A stretch of 64,000 nt of DNA from an uncultured Candidatus Poseidoniales archaeon (GCA_964412625.1 CAYPPO010000004.1:11480-75479); one strand, 5' to 3'; counted from the stretch's first letter, positions 9,862 to 20,258 are shown. The notes: generated by a model not told the origin, from the sequence alone. Numbers and translations: made by a program.

Positions 9862-12800
9862 ATGGCAACAACCCAACGGCTGGTTAGTGTTGTTCTTTTA
9901 TTGTTGTTACTGCCACTGTTATCGTCGTTTGCTTCGGCTAATGATTCATTCGAACAGCCGCAAATAAACGCTCGCTGGGTTGCTGATGAATCTGGCAATA
10001 CAGTGCATAGTTACCGCGTTGTGTTTGCAGATGGTGAATCGTATCAGGCCTTGGTTGATGTTGAGCATAACAGGAACGGCGAGATTTTACCAAGTGAAAT
10101 TTTCCAGTCTTGGGACTTGATAGATGGTTTGAGAGTTTTGGATATCGCGGTCAATACTAGCCTAGACTGGGGAGATATTGTTTCTGTTTCAATTTCGATA
10201 ACACACTACTCCGGCCAAGAGTTGGTTGACCCGGTGCTGGTCGAGCGAGATTTTGAGATCGGTACGTGGAATCAACCAATGGACGATCATGAAATCATGC
10301 TCGAGACGACTTGGGATTTAGATCAAACCTTCAACACATCTTTGGGTCCACAAGGGTTTGAACTCGATTTCGTCGGACAAGGTTGGCAACAGAGGACGGG
10401 TAACATCGTAGAATCATGGGAATTGGGTAATGGAACCGTTAGTTTTCTCGAAACAACCGAAGTCGGTAGCAATAACTTATCGCTAGAATTACAGTCTATA
10501 TGGAAGAATGAGACAATCGAAAATGGCCAATTAATCTCACAGGTCTTTGAGGCGGTTGGCTCAGGAACTCTGCATATAATTGCTGTGGAAGATGACCTAT
10601 CAACCGCTATTTTGGTTGATGTAACCAATGCTGAATTAAATCGTTCAAACATCAACCAAGTAATCTCGGAACGGCTTAAAATTGATGCCAACGGAGTATT
10701 GAACATTACAAATGATGAGGATGAGAACTCATCGACATCGGTAAACGGGGATATTGGCGTATTTTATTTAGAAACATGGGATGAAAATGGTGTAAGACAA
10801 TATTATGACCAAAGATTCGAGGCAATCGCACACATGGTAATCATTGATGAAGGTGCAAGATTAGATATCGATGTTAATTCTTTAACCTCTGAGGAGACTT
10901 GGGTTCAGGGTGTGCGGACCAATCACCTAGAGGAGTTGCTTGGTTCAGGAACATTTGGCTTTTCGGAAACAGACAACGAGTCTTCAGTACAAATAAACGG
11001 GACAATTTATCAGTTTCATACTAAAACCGAGCAGGGTATAACGATGGTAGATGAAATTCATATCGATGGTGATATAACCGGGGATGTTCAAGGTGATTTT
11101 GGTGTTGTGAGGGGAATAGAACTTACCGGGACACAGGCAAACGCAACAGGTGTCGAGTTTCCAGTTAATGTGATTCATGAGGAGTCTTGGTTCAATCTCA
11201 CCGGAATAAATGGTGGCAACTTTTTCGATGGTGCTGGAATTGGCGCGACACACAATCAAACATGGGATTACCAAGTGATATATTCGGATTGGGAAAATCG
11301 TACTGTTAGGTTGGTATGGGAAGAAACCGGGGCAGATGCATCGAGTGGTGAAGAATATCCTGAGCGAAGCCCAATTGAGAAAACTGCAGAGGCGCCGGAA
11401 TACGAGGAAACTTTGGGCAACTTGACAATCAGCAGAGAGACTGGCTTAATGCCAATACCGATGCAGCCTGGTGATGTCATAAGACTTGATGGCCAAGATG
11501 GGCTCACATTGATTGTAACTGCGGAAAGCTTAGCTAATGACCCAAGGGATGGCCATAATTTCCATGTGGTAACGTGGTCGGGAACCTATGAGGGGAGTGA
11601 GGCTGGAACCGCCACCGGAGCAATTATCGATGAAGGACCGTTGAAAGGTTTGATTTCAAGTGTCTCAAGGGTGTTATCAATTCCATTTGGTGAAGACGGT
11701 TACCTCGCTAACTTTACTGAAACTCAATTGTTGACAAGAGTAATATCTCCTTCTGTGGTAACGGCTGAAGAGAATTCAGCACCACTAATCTCCAGCCTCT
11801 CACTGCTAGAGGGATTAGTTGTTTGTGAGGGGGGTAGTGTCGCAACATTGGTTGCAGAGGTTAGTGATGTCGATTGGAATTTAGAACAGGTCACCGTAGA
11901 CTTAACTCCGATTGGAGGCATGGTCGTGGAGATGAACGATCGAGGTATCGATGGCGACTCAGTTATCGGTGATGATAAGTTTACTACCCGAATTGTCGTT
12001 CCAGGATTAGAGGTTGGAAATTTGACTCTAACCGTCCAAGCAAAAGACTCGTTCGATGTGATAACCACGTCAACAGGTCAGATTACAGTGACTAATCAAG
12101 CACCGAGGTTAGTCGGGGCCGAAATATTACCAAATCAAGGGCCGAGGGGCACCAATATGGTGGTTAATCTAGAAGCTTATGATGGACACGGTGTTTCTAA
12201 CATCAGTTTAGATTTGCGAGAGTACGGTGGCGAATTGATTGAGCTAACAGACAATACGGGAATTTGGACGACAATGATGACAGTGCCCGAAGGGATGTCC
12301 CCTGGTGAGCAGGAATTGAGATTCGTAACAGTGGATGGCTTGGGTAAAGTAGGTGTCACTAATCTATGGTTTAACGGTGAAAGAAGCGAACTACATCCAT
12401 ATGGCCCTCACTTCATATCGGATGATGAAGCAATACCAATTTCAATAACCGTCGAGAATTCTCCTCCAACATTTACAATACCAGAAGTAATGGTTTTGTC
12501 TCGACAAGATGTGTCGACATCAGTCGTATTTGAGGTAGGAATTTTTGATTCAGATGGAATTACCAACGCCAGAGCAAATCTCGGCGTTTTCGCTCCATTG
12601 GGGGCACAAACTGGCTGGGTTACCATGAACGATAACGGCATTAATGGCGATGTAACGCCAGGAGATGGAATCTATTCGGTAGAACTATCGCTACGCCCAA
12701 GTACGCCGTTAGGTACCCATGAAATCCAAATTCAAGCAATCGATAGTTTTGATGTTGCAACTCCTATTGAACCAGTTTCTATTGTTGTCCAAGAGGAAAC

Positions 12801-12957
12801 CAATCTCCTGCCTAGTTTAGACAGTGAATCGATTTCAACCTCGGTTTTGGTGGTGATTTTGATTGGCTTTAGCATCATAGCGTGCGTCACGGTTTTCTTG
12901 TTAATGCGCAAGGGCAGAGACAAAGAATACATCGAAGACAGATTTGGATTTGAATAG
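9862..12957 (+). CDS. large secreted surface/adhesin-like protein with a C-terminal membrane anchor
   Basis: 1031 aa with an N-terminal signal-like segment (VVLLLLLLPLLSSFASA), many N-x-S/T sequons, three C-terminal Ig-like modules, and a terminal TM helix followed by a basic tail (VLVVILIGFSIIACVTVFLLMRKGRDK). Confidence 0.75.
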   Translation: MATTQRLVSVVLLLLLLPLLSSFASANDSFEQPQINARWVADESGNTVHSYRVVFADGESYQALVDVEHNRNGEILPSEIFQSWDLIDGLRVLDIAVNTSLDWGDIVSVSISITHYSGQELVDPVLVERDFEIGTWNQPMDDHEIMLETTWDLDQTFNTSLGPQGFELDFVGQGWQQRTGNIVESWELGNGTVSFLETTEVGSNNLSLELQSIWKNETIENGQLISQVFEAVGSGTLHIIAVEDDLSTAILVDVTNAELNRSNINQVISERLKIDANGVLNITNDEDENSSTSVNGDIGVFYLETWDENGVRQYYDQRFEAIAHMVIIDEGARLDIDVNSLTSEETWVQGVRTNHLEELLGSGTFGFSETDNESSVQINGTIYQFHTKTEQGITMVDEIHIDGDITGDVQGDFGVVRGIELTGTQANATGVEFPVNVIHEESWFNLTGINGGNFFDGAGIGATHNQTWDYQVIYSDWENRTVRLVWEETGADASSGEEYPERSPIEKTAEAPEYEETLGNLTISRETGLMPIPMQPGDVIRLDGQDGLTLIVTAESLANDPRDGHNFHVVTWSGTYEGSEAGTATGAIIDEGPLKGLISSVSRVLSIPFGEDGYLANFTETQLLTRVISPSVVTAEENSAPLISSLSLLEGLVVCEGGSVATLVAEVSDVDWNLEQVTVDLTPIGGMVVEMNDRGIDGDSVIGDDKFTTRIVVPGLEVGNLTLTVQAKDSFDVITTSTGQITVTNQAPRLVGAEILPNQGPRGTNMVVNLEAYDGHGVSNISLDLREYGGELIELTDNTGIWTTMMTVPEGMSPGEQELRFVTVDGLGKVGVTNLWFNGERSELHPYGPHFISDDEAIPISITVENSPPTFTIPEVMVLSRQDVSTSVVFEVGIFDSDGITNARANLGVFAPLGAQTGWVTMNDNGINGDVTPGDGIYSVELSLRPSTPLGTHEIQIQAIDSFDVATPIEPVSIVVQEETNLLPSLDSESISTSVLVVILIGFSIIACVTVFLLMRKGRDKEYIEDRFGFE
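11782..12786 (+). repeat. three tandem Ig-like/beta-sandwich modules inside the surface protein
   Basis: The modules end in related strings MNDRGIDGDSVIGDDKFT (nt ~11932), LTDNTGIWTT (nt ~12244) and MNDNGINGDVTPGDGIYS (nt ~12625). Each is followed by a ...QA(K/I)DSFDV... segment. Confidence 0.4.
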
Positions 12958-12974
12958 TATCTCTCCGATAACGG

Positions 12975-12980
12975 TTTATA
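12975..12980 (+). promoter_or_regulatory. putative archaeal TATA box (TTTATA) for tRNA-Gly
   Basis: TTTATA sits about 27-32 nt upstream of the tRNA 5' end, the usual archaeal box-A distance. Position-based call only. Confidence 0.4.
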
Positions 12981-13006
12981 CCTCCGTTAGATGGGATTGC
13001 TACCTA

Positions 13007-13078
13007 GCGAGCGTAGTGTAGTGGTTATCACCGGGCGTTGCCAACGCCTGAACCCGGGTTCGAGTCCCGGCGCTCGCA
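13007..13078 (+). tRNA. tRNA-Gly (anticodon GCC); genomically encoded CCA follows (to 13081)
   Basis: Hand-folded cloverleaf: acceptor GCGAGCG/CGCTCGC (7 bp), anticodon stem GGGCG/CGCCT with loop TTGCCAA, T arm CCGGG-TTCGAGT-CCCGG, discriminator A, then CCA. Confidence 0.9.
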
Positions 13079-13146
13079 CCAAAATCTTCCAATAATTCGA
13101 AAGTAACATTTAACCGTTGAACCCTAATAGCCCAGCAGGGTTAAGC

Positions 13147-13470
13147 ATGACAGACAGACGAACAATTTTCATCGGCAAAAAGCCACTACACGCATACGTT
13201 AGAGCAGTTGTTATGGCAATGGAATCAGGCGATCGCAACTTGGAGTTAGTTGCTCGGGGCGCAACAATCGGTAGAGCAGTAGACGTTGCAGAGGTTTGTC
13301 GTCGTAGAAATGGTATTATCGCTCAAGGCCTGCCCGAAGAGGTCATAATCGGCGAGATTACTTGCGAAAGTGAAGTGATTCCATCTCAGGATGGTAGAGA
13401 CCGCACCGTCAGTGTTCTCAGGATAGAACTTGATGGGCATGGCGATCTACCGGAAAGAGAGGAAGAATAA
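13147..13470 (+). CDS. albA: Alba DNA/RNA-binding chromatin protein
   Basis: About 107 aa from the ATG at 13147; the track's TTG at 13117 is less likely. Alba-like sequence (IFIGKKPLHAYVRAVVMAM...LELVARGATIGRAVDVAEV) with an acidic tail. Confidence 0.85.
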   Translation: MTDRRTIFIGKKPLHAYVRAVVMAMESGDRNLELVARGATIGRAVDVAEVCRRRNGIIAQGLPEEVIIGEITCESEVIPSQDGRDRTVSVLRIELDGHGDLPEREEE

Positions 13471-13473
13471 TCA

Positions 13474-13845
13474 TTACAAAAGTAAGATTCTTCGCTCAAT
13501 TTCCTTGGCGGTGTGTTCGAAAACCTCGAAAGGTTGGCCCACTGGGTCGTCCAAGTCCCAATCATCATCTAATTTCACGCTGGGACATTGAACTCCGCAC
13601 CCCATTGAAATAACCAAATCAAATTCATTAGTGTTGAATTGGTCCAGGTTTTTAGGAGCCATCTGTGATGTATCATGGCCCATTTTTGTTAATATCGTAA
13701 GCGCGTGTTCGGAGACCTTATCGGCGGGGTGCGTTCCAGCAGATTGAGCATCATGTCCATGTAATCTCGCAATTCCCTCAGCCATCTGTGACCGACACGA
13801 GTTACCGACACATACAAATAAAATTCTCATGTTTAATCTTGACAA
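13474..13845 (-). CDS. low-molecular-weight phosphatase family protein (arsenate reductase ArsC / LMW-PTP)
   Basis: 123 aa with the N-terminal CX5R(S/T) P-loop ILFVCVGNSCRSQMAEG. Confidence 0.8.
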   Translation of the reverse strand: MSRLNMRILFVCVGNSCRSQMAEGIARLHGHDAQSAGTHPADKVSEHALTILTKMGHDTSQMAPKNLDQFNTNEFDLVISMGCGVQCPSVKLDDDWDLDDPVGQPFEVFEHTAKEIERRILLL

Positions 13846-13922
13846 ATGGAGATATTAAGATTATTACTATGTAGAATAGTTAGAATTATGATTGAGTTTT
13901 CATACGGACTACTGGTACAACA

Positions 13923-14282
13923 ATGCTAGTAAGGTATCGTAGTTTGACTGTCTACGCTTTATTGTTTGGCTCATTATTCATATCGCACATTTATTTTGCC
14001 GCCAACAATCATGACTCATTGTTTCAATTAGTAGTCTTTTTAATAACCGTCATGTCATTTTTTTGTGGAGCGATTTGTGTGCTTTTTGAATCAAATAGCG
14101 AGCGTTATGGCTTTGTATTCCAATTTGGAATGATTGCATCTATACCAATATGCATTGGACTTGGCTGGGCGTATAATGATATGTCAGTCGGCGTGGAAAT
14201 CGTGATTTTCCCATTGACCTCTGTTTTACTTCACTTTATCATTAAACTCAGCCCTTTAGGGGATACCTATGGATTGAAGTAG
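13923..14282 (+). CDS. small hypothetical membrane protein
   Basis: 119 aa with 4 predicted hydrophobic helices; no recognisable motif. Confidence 0.45.
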   Translation: MLVRYRSLTVYALLFGSLFISHIYFAANNHDSLFQLVVFLITVMSFFCGAICVLFESNSERYGFVFQFGMIASIPICIGLGWAYNDMSVGVEIVIFPLTSVLLHFIIKLSPLGDTYGLK

Positions 14283-14302
14283 GATTATCATCTGGTGATT
14301 TC

Positions 14303-15310
14303 ATGGCCGATTCGCCGGTAAGTAAGCATAACCCAAAAAGTGCGGAGGCTACAATGGGCCCAAGCATTCAACAACAGAAAGAGATGGAAAGTGCTTATGC
14401 TAATATGCGGCGAAAAATGGCAATGCAGGAACTCGGTAAGAAAATCAAACACAAAATAATGGTCCTTTCCGGAAAGGGTGGAGTTGGCAAATCAACAGTT
14501 TCAACAGGATTGGCGCTATCCCTCGCCCAACAAGGTCACACAGTAGGTATTCTTGACATTGATATTACTGGCCCGAATGTCCCAAAGATGATGGGTTTAG
14601 ATGGCAAGCGATTACATGTTGAACAAGGAAGAATTCACCCAGCTCAGGGACACCTTGGTGTGAAAGTAATCTCGATGGCATTTTTACTTGAAGACGAAGA
14701 TACGCCTGTCGTATGGCGTGGCCCAATCAAACTTGGCGCAATTCAACAATTCATTGCTGATGTTGAATGGGGTGAACTTGATTACTTGGTTATTGATTTC
14801 CCTCCGGGAACCTCAGACGAACCTTTGACGGTGGCGCAATCTCTACCAGATATTGATGGCATGGTTATTGTAACAACTCCACAAGACGTCGCTTTGCTTG
14901 ACAGCAGAAAATCAATCACCTTTTCGGAATCACTAAAAGTACCCGTTTTAGGGGTTGTTGAGAATATGAGTGGATATACGATTTCAGGAACAACAAACCC
15001 CGAAGTCAATCTCGAGATTGCAGGACCTGGCGGTAAGAAACACAAGATAGCGTCAGATAAAGATGGTAAGTTCAGTGTAACATTAGATATTTTCAAGCAG
15101 GGCGGCGGTAAATCAACAGCCCATGAGTTCGGCGTCCCATTCCTTGGTGAACTACCATTTGACCCAGGTTTTGTGCGTGGTGGGGACGATGGTGTTCACC
15201 GCATAGTCAGTGAGCCCGACGGTGCGTCAGCGATTGCTTTTGCTAAAGTAGTAGAAGCAATAAAATCTCAAATTGGTACATCACAAAGTCAGGGTCTAGA
15301 AATTATCTGA
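14303..15310 (+). CDS. Mrp/NBP35/ApbC-family Fe-S cluster carrier ATPase
   Basis: Deviant Walker A VLSGKGGVGKST and Mrp-family layout (DYLVIDFPPGTSD). The SD GGTGATTTC lies directly before the ATG. Confidence 0.9.
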   Translation: MADSPVSKHNPKSAEATMGPSIQQQKEMESAYANMRRKMAMQELGKKIKHKIMVLSGKGGVGKSTVSTGLALSLAQQGHTVGILDIDITGPNVPKMMGLDGKRLHVEQGRIHPAQGHLGVKVISMAFLLEDEDTPVVWRGPIKLGAIQQFIADVEWGELDYLVIDFPPGTSDEPLTVAQSLPDIDGMVIVTTPQDVALLDSRKSITFSESLKVPVLGVVENMSGYTISGTTNPEVNLEIAGPGGKKHKIASDKDGKFSVTLDIFKQGGGKSTAHEFGVPFLGELPFDPGFVRGGDDGVHRIVSEPDGASAIAFAKVVEAIKSQIGTSQSQGLEII

Positions 15311-15320
15311 GGCAAGGAAT

Positions 15321-15671
15321 ATGTCAGAAACGCCCGAGTTAATCAGACTGGAACGTCATGACACCACAATGAATCTGACCTACGCTGATGGCGGCGAATT
15401 CGTAATCAGTTATGATGATTTGAGACACTCTTGTCCATGTGCAAAATGCTCTCCGCTGAGAAATGAAGACGAATCAAGTAGATCGCTTCGCCGTCAGATT
15501 GAGTCACTACCCGCAGAAAAACCAAAAGTTCGGACCATTGGAAAGTACGCACTTGCGTTCGATTGGAATAAAGGATGCTCGAGCGGAATTTACCGTTTCG
15601 AAAGAATTTGGGCATTGGCTAATAATCAGGACCCAGACGATGGCCGTTCCTATGTTCACGGCGCTTGGTAA
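15321..15671 (+). CDS. DUF971-family protein (gamma-butyrobetaine hydroxylase-like N-terminal domain)
   Basis: 116 aa with LRHSCPCAKC and the ...YALAFDWNKGCSSGIY pattern typical of DUF971. This family commonly pairs with Mrp genes. Confidence 0.7.
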   Translation: MSETPELIRLERHDTTMNLTYADGGEFVISYDDLRHSCPCAKCSPLRNEDESSRSLRRQIESLPAEKPKVRTIGKYALAFDWNKGCSSGIYRFERIWALANNQDPDDGRSYVHGAW

Positions 15672-15754
15672 TCCCGTAACTGATATTATTTGGTTATTGG
15701 AAGGCGAGGGTTTGATGTATAATCGTCTTGACGCCTTTTTGGAGTGACCGGATT

Positions 15755-17833
15755 ATGCAGGGGGTATATCTCACTTGGATGATTAGTGCTCTTGCTCTTG
15801 GTGTCATTCTTTTACCTGTTTTCAAACCCAAGTGGATGGAATTAAGACTTAGCACATTTGTTGATTTCTTCCGTAGGTATTGGATACATATTCTAATCTT
15901 GTTTATGATTTACAATGCTAAAGACGGCTTGGATGAGGTCGACAGGATTCTGATGGCTAGCACAGGACTGGACATGACGCCATGGATTTATGCCATTGAA
16001 GGCAATTTAGTATTGCATGTTCAAAACTTCTTTGAAGCAGAGTGGTTGACTGTAATGTTAACCCATTTCTATGTTGCTGGATTCATGTTTATATGTTATG
16101 TTTCTGTATTCTACTTTGCCTATTTTGATGATCGCTGGATGGCTGATCGAATAACCTTGACAATCGCTTGGGTATATATCATAGCTGTACCCTTTTACTT
16201 ATTCTTCAATGTAAGAGTCACTGGAGCTTATATCCCCGAGATGGAAACTCTCGCATATTCGTTGAATCCTGAAATATCAGACTGGTTCCGTAGAATTGAT
16301 CCTTTCACTAATTGTATGCCGTCATTACACATAGGCATACCTTATGCGGTATGGCTTTGCATCAAGCGTTTTGACCATGATGAGCGGTGGGCATTATATC
16401 GCAAAATTGTATTTGCCTATGTCATCCTTACTGTTTTCACTATTATCTATCTTGGAATACATTGGATTTTAGACATTGCTGGAGGAATGATAGTCGCCTC
16501 AATAGCGGTTAATTTGGCTGATAAAACCTCGAGGCCGGTATGGAATATTTTGGATGAAAGAACCATCAACGCGCGCTTAGTTACTCTTCTAACAAATCCA
16601 AGAAAAGCTTACAATTTTGTGGCCGCTAAATTAACCAAAACAGCAAAAAAATTCGCTAGACCCACCTCCCGCGAAACAGGGATTTTATCGGTAGTAGTGT
16701 TATTGATTGTTGCTTCAGTCATTACTTGGGACCTCACTCATCAATCATTATCTGCCAAAGGCGTTGAGGCGCCGGATGGTGCTGCTGGCGCAGATGGTTG
16801 GCTTGCAACCATTGACAATACCTCAGAAGACGGTAGATTACTGAAGTTGTATGATCTATCCGAATTGGATGATGATGGAGTAGAAGTCATACAGCCAGAC
16901 CTTACAAGTGATTCAAAATATGAACTAACTGGTGATAAGTTAGTGATTGCCAACAGTACGGTACTCTATGTTGTTGATACTGCTCAACCAAACATCATTC
17001 TTTTCCAAAAGTCAATTGAAAATATTAATCAAGTGAAGTTGTGTAAAGTAGGAGATGATTACGTTTTGCTGACTTTGGCAGATGGGCGACTCTCAGCGGA
17101 GTACGTTAACGGAGAAGTTATTGATATTGGTGTTGAAAGCGATAGAATTTCTTTTGTCAAGTGCGAAGGAAACGATTTTGCTTTCTTAGTTGAAGATGAG
17201 CCGTCAAAAGTATTCATCAGTAATCTCGAGTTAGATGGCTCATTAACATACACGATTAACGCTTCTGCTAATGAAGAGGATGAACAGGTGTTGGAAGATT
17301 GGGGCACACCTGTTGACATTGAAAATGCTACAATTATTGATTTGGTTTTTGACAAGACTCATATTTTAGTGAATGTTAATGTATCAGCCGTAGATCGGTT
17401 AGTCTTGGTTGATAGAGTCACTGGAGAGCAGAGGTTATTAGGTGATAGTAAGTATTCTTCTTACGATCCCTCAATACGAGACGGCGTGGTAGCTTGGGTA
17501 ATGAAAGACCACCTTAATCCAACCAGTCCGATTGAAGAATATTATGACGGAGAAATTTTGTATATGTCTTTGACCGATAATTTCACCCATGTTTTGACAG
17601 CCGATGAAGTTGACCAATGGGGCCCAATTGTTCTAGAAGATCACCTCATCTACTTAGAACAATCAGAGGAAAGCATACTTATTCAGGTTCATTCATGGGA
17701 GCCAGAGTTGAAATCTTACTCAAATATCGTATTGCAAGTGGCATCAGTAGTCGGTATCTTGTTGGTGTTTGTCTATATCAGTCAAAAACAAAACGAAGCA
17801 AAATCATTACTGATTCTTGCAGAGGAAGAGTAG
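15755..17833 (+). CDS. membrane protein: PAP2_3-like (inositolphosphotransferase/phosphatase-like) N-terminal domain plus a large extracytoplasmic domain and a C-terminal TM anchor
   Basis: PAP2-like motifs MPSLHIGIPY and IHWILDIAGG. A ~330-aa soluble beta-rich region is followed by a terminal TM helix. ATG 15755 is preceded by the SD GGAGTGA; the track start at 15728 is TTG. Confidence 0.55.
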   Translation: MQGVYLTWMISALALGVILLPVFKPKWMELRLSTFVDFFRRYWIHILILFMIYNAKDGLDEVDRILMASTGLDMTPWIYAIEGNLVLHVQNFFEAEWLTVMLTHFYVAGFMFICYVSVFYFAYFDDRWMADRITLTIAWVYIIAVPFYLFFNVRVTGAYIPEMETLAYSLNPEISDWFRRIDPFTNCMPSLHIGIPYAVWLCIKRFDHDERWALYRKIVFAYVILTVFTIIYLGIHWILDIAGGMIVASIAVNLADKTSRPVWNILDERTINARLVTLLTNPRKAYNFVAAKLTKTAKKFARPTSRETGILSVVVLLIVASVITWDLTHQSLSAKGVEAPDGAAGADGWLATIDNTSEDGRLLKLYDLSELDDDGVEVIQPDLTSDSKYELTGDKLVIANSTVLYVVDTAQPNIILFQKSIENINQVKLCKVGDDYVLLTLADGRLSAEYVNGEVIDIGVESDRISFVKCEGNDFAFLVEDEPSKVFISNLELDGSLTYTINASANEEDEQVLEDWGTPVDIENATIIDLVFDKTHILVNVNVSAVDRLVLVDRVTGEQRLLGDSKYSSYDPSIRDGVVAWVMKDHLNPTSPIEEYYDGEILYMSLTDNFTHVLTADEVDQWGPIVLEDHLIYLEQSEESILIQVHSWEPELKSYSNIVLQVASVVGILLVFVYISQKQNEAKSLLILAEEE

Positions 17834-19024
17834 TTACTTTTTGATACTCAACATTCTTTCAAGGGCAAGAAGAGAACCCTCTTGGACATCTTTTGAAACT
17901 ATGATTTGGTTGGGAACTTCTCCTTCGACTAACTTCTCTAAGACATCCATTAGATAAGCAGGGTGAATCATGTACATAGTCGAACACGGGCAGATTTTGT
18001 CGTCAAGACATTCAATATGTTTGTCGGGGTGAGAGTCTGCTAACCTTGCAACCATGTTTATCTCGGTGCCAATGGCAATTCTGCTACCGCTTGGTAGCCC
18101 CTCAACATAATTCTTGATGAATTGAGTAGAGCCGTTAGCATCGCTGACTTCGACGGTTTCTTTGGGGCATTCGGGATGTACAACGACCGACCCATCAGGA
18201 TATTTTTCTCTGAAGTGGTTCACCTGTTCTACAGTAAACCTCTTGTGAACCGAACAGAAACCGTGCCAAAGAATAATTTTCGCGTCTTTCAAATCTCCAT
18301 CTGAGCCTATTTTTGGTACCCATGTTGGCATGCTATCCTCAGTAATTCCCATTGAGAGTCCAGTGTTTCTACCGAGGTGCTGATCGGGGAAAAACAGCAC
18401 AGTACCGTTAGGACCGGCTCTATCAAAAGCCCAATTTAGGATTCCAGTTGCGTTAGAGGAGGTACAAACAATTCCACCATGTCGACCGACAAAATCTTTC
18501 AAATCTGCACTACTGTTCATGTATGTGACTGGGATTAGGTATGACTTTCCATCATTGGGGACTTCGCCGGGAAATTGCCGGTTTATTGGGTCGTTTAATC
18601 CAGTTTCAGCAAGAATCTCGCGCCATGCGCTCTCAACATCAGGAAGTGTAGCCATATCCGCCATTGAGCAACCTGCTCTAAGATTCGGCAGGATGACAGA
18701 TTGGTTGTCATCGGTCAAAATATCAGCCGATTCGGCCATGAAGTGGACGCCACAAAAGACAATATAGTCTGCATCAGAATCTGCCGCTTTTTGACTTAGC
18801 ATGAATGAATCTCCGATGAAATCTGCATGCATTACAATGCTGTCTCTTTGGTAATGGTGCCCCAAAATCATTAATTTTGAACCTAGCATTTGTCGGAGTT
18901 CGGAGATTCTATCAGCAATCGCTTTTTCTTCGGGAGACATGGATGTATCCATGAAATCGATAGAGCACATTGGCAGCGTGATAGTCATATGCTTCAAACC
19001 GACGGAGCATATTCTCCTTATCAA
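17834..19024 (-). CDS. nadA: quinolinate synthase
   Basis: NadA-like blocks (ILGHHYQRD; VHFMAESADIL; TSSNA; VVHPECP). The start is uncertain: the track start is TTG, and internal Mets lie at aa 13, 19, 25 and 29. Confidence 0.9.
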   Translation of the reverse strand: MIRRICSVGLKHMTITLPMCSIDFMDTSMSPEEKAIADRISELRQMLGSKLMILGHHYQRDSIVMHADFIGDSFMLSQKAADSDADYIVFCGVHFMAESADILTDDNQSVILPNLRAGCSMADMATLPDVESAWREILAETGLNDPINRQFPGEVPNDGKSYLIPVTYMNSSADLKDFVGRHGGIVCTSSNATGILNWAFDRAGPNGTVLFFPDQHLGRNTGLSMGITEDSMPTWVPKIGSDGDLKDAKIILWHGFCSVHKRFTVEQVNHFREKYPDGSVVVHPECPKETVEVSDANGSTQFIKNYVEGLPSGSRIAIGTEINMVARLADSHPDKHIECLDDKICPCSTMYMIHPAYLMDVLEKLVEGEVPNQIIVSKDVQEGSLLALERMLSIKK

Positions 19025-19072
19025 CGGTTGTTATTCCGTGATGTAAATAAATGAGGGCATCAAGGCCTCAAT

Positions 19073-19756
19073 ATGGTCTTCTTACCGGACACTAGACTAC
19101 ACCTAGGCGCAGAGGCCGAAGTATGGTCTGGCCAGTGGATGGGTAAGCCGGCGGTAAGAAAGCTAAGGCGTAATCGTGCTTGGCGACATCCTGACTTAGA
19201 GAAGCGCCTTGGCTACCGTAGAATGCTCAGCGAGGCTCGAATTTTAATTCGTCTAAAGAGTTCAGGATTACCAGTCCCTGCGATTTGGGATGTTGATTTA
19301 GAAAATGGTCGAATAGTAATGGAGAAAATGCATGGAAGGCCATTGATTGAGGTTCTGAGGGACCCTGCGTCCTCAAAACAGCATATTGACAAAGCACTGT
19401 TCAATACCGGATTCGCTGTAAGAATGCTACATCGGCTAGCAGTTACACATGGCGATTTGTCAACCAACAATATCCTGATTGATGAACAATGCAATGCTGC
19501 GCTTATAGATTTTGGATTGTCGGCGGTTGAGTATGAAGTAGAGCGATTTGGCATTGATTTACATGTCATGGATGAGATTTTAGGTGCATCTCATCCAAAT
19601 ATTGATGATGCGATTGGTATGTTCTTAACCGGATATCAACAATGTGACGAAGAGCAAGGCCCAATATTGGAACTTTCTGGCGGTAAGCCGCCCGAAGCCA
19701 AAGCAGTTCTCAAACGTCTTGATGATGTAAGGTCAAGAGTAAGGTATCATGGATGA
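19073..19756 (+). CDS. KEOPS complex kinase Bud32/PRPK (stand-alone)
   Basis: 227-aa atypical small kinase with VTHGDLSTNNILI and LIDFGLS motifs. Confidence 0.8.
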   Translation: MVFLPDTRLHLGAEAEVWSGQWMGKPAVRKLRRNRAWRHPDLEKRLGYRRMLSEARILIRLKSSGLPVPAIWDVDLENGRIVMEKMHGRPLIEVLRDPASSKQHIDKALFNTGFAVRMLHRLAVTHGDLSTNNILIDEQCNAALIDFGLSAVEYEVERFGIDLHVMDEILGASHPNIDDAIGMFLTGYQQCDEEQGPILELSGGKPPEAKAVLKRLDDVRSRVRYHG

Positions 19757-19760
19757 TGGT

Positions 19761-20168
19761 TCAACCAACCAATAGGCGCATTTCTTCTACACTTTTTAAT
19801 TCGGAGAGGTAGATTTGTTCAATTGAATCGTACAAATCATCAGTTTGGTCGATCAATGGTAGTAATTCGGCATAGACTTCGGACGCCTTGAGTTCTGTTT
19901 CCAGAGCGTAATTCAACATCTCGACATAGTCAGTAGTGTGGGTGATTGGGTGCGTACTTCTCTCAGTGACCGGAATGCCACCCAACTGAACTATACCCTT
20001 GCGAACAATATCCGCATGTTCAATCGATTCAGTCATCTCAGTATTGAACATCGGTGAAAGTTGTAATCGGTGGATTCCTTTAACATTCGCAGAATAGTGA
20101 GCGTACATATTGATCGCTCTTAATTCCCATCGTAGTGCATCATTCATTTTATCAACTAATTTATTCAT
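19761..20168 (-). CDS. ferritin-like superfamily protein (bacterioferritin/Dps-like four-helix bundle)
   Basis: 135 aa with E/H-containing helices (RWELRAINMYAHYS; TESIEHAD; ETELKASEVYAE). Confidence 0.55.
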   Translation of the reverse strand: MNKLVDKMNDALRWELRAINMYAHYSANVKGIHRLQLSPMFNTEMTESIEHADIVRKGIVQLGGIPVTERSTHPITHTTDYVEMLNYALETELKASEVYAELLPLIDQTDDLYDSIEQIYLSELKSVEEMRLLVG

Positions 20169-20258
20169 ATTACCAACTCTTAGGGCACACTAAACTTTTC
20201 CTGCGCCGTTGCCTTATGGGAATGCTTGGTAGTTCGAGTACATAAACTAATTGAATAA

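Noticed and set aside
12968-12990. Inverted repeat AACGG...CCGTT after the surface-protein stop, considered as a terminator hairpin
   Set aside because: The stem is only 5 bp, its loop contains the putative tRNA TATA box, and no T-tract follows it. It is not convincing as a terminator.
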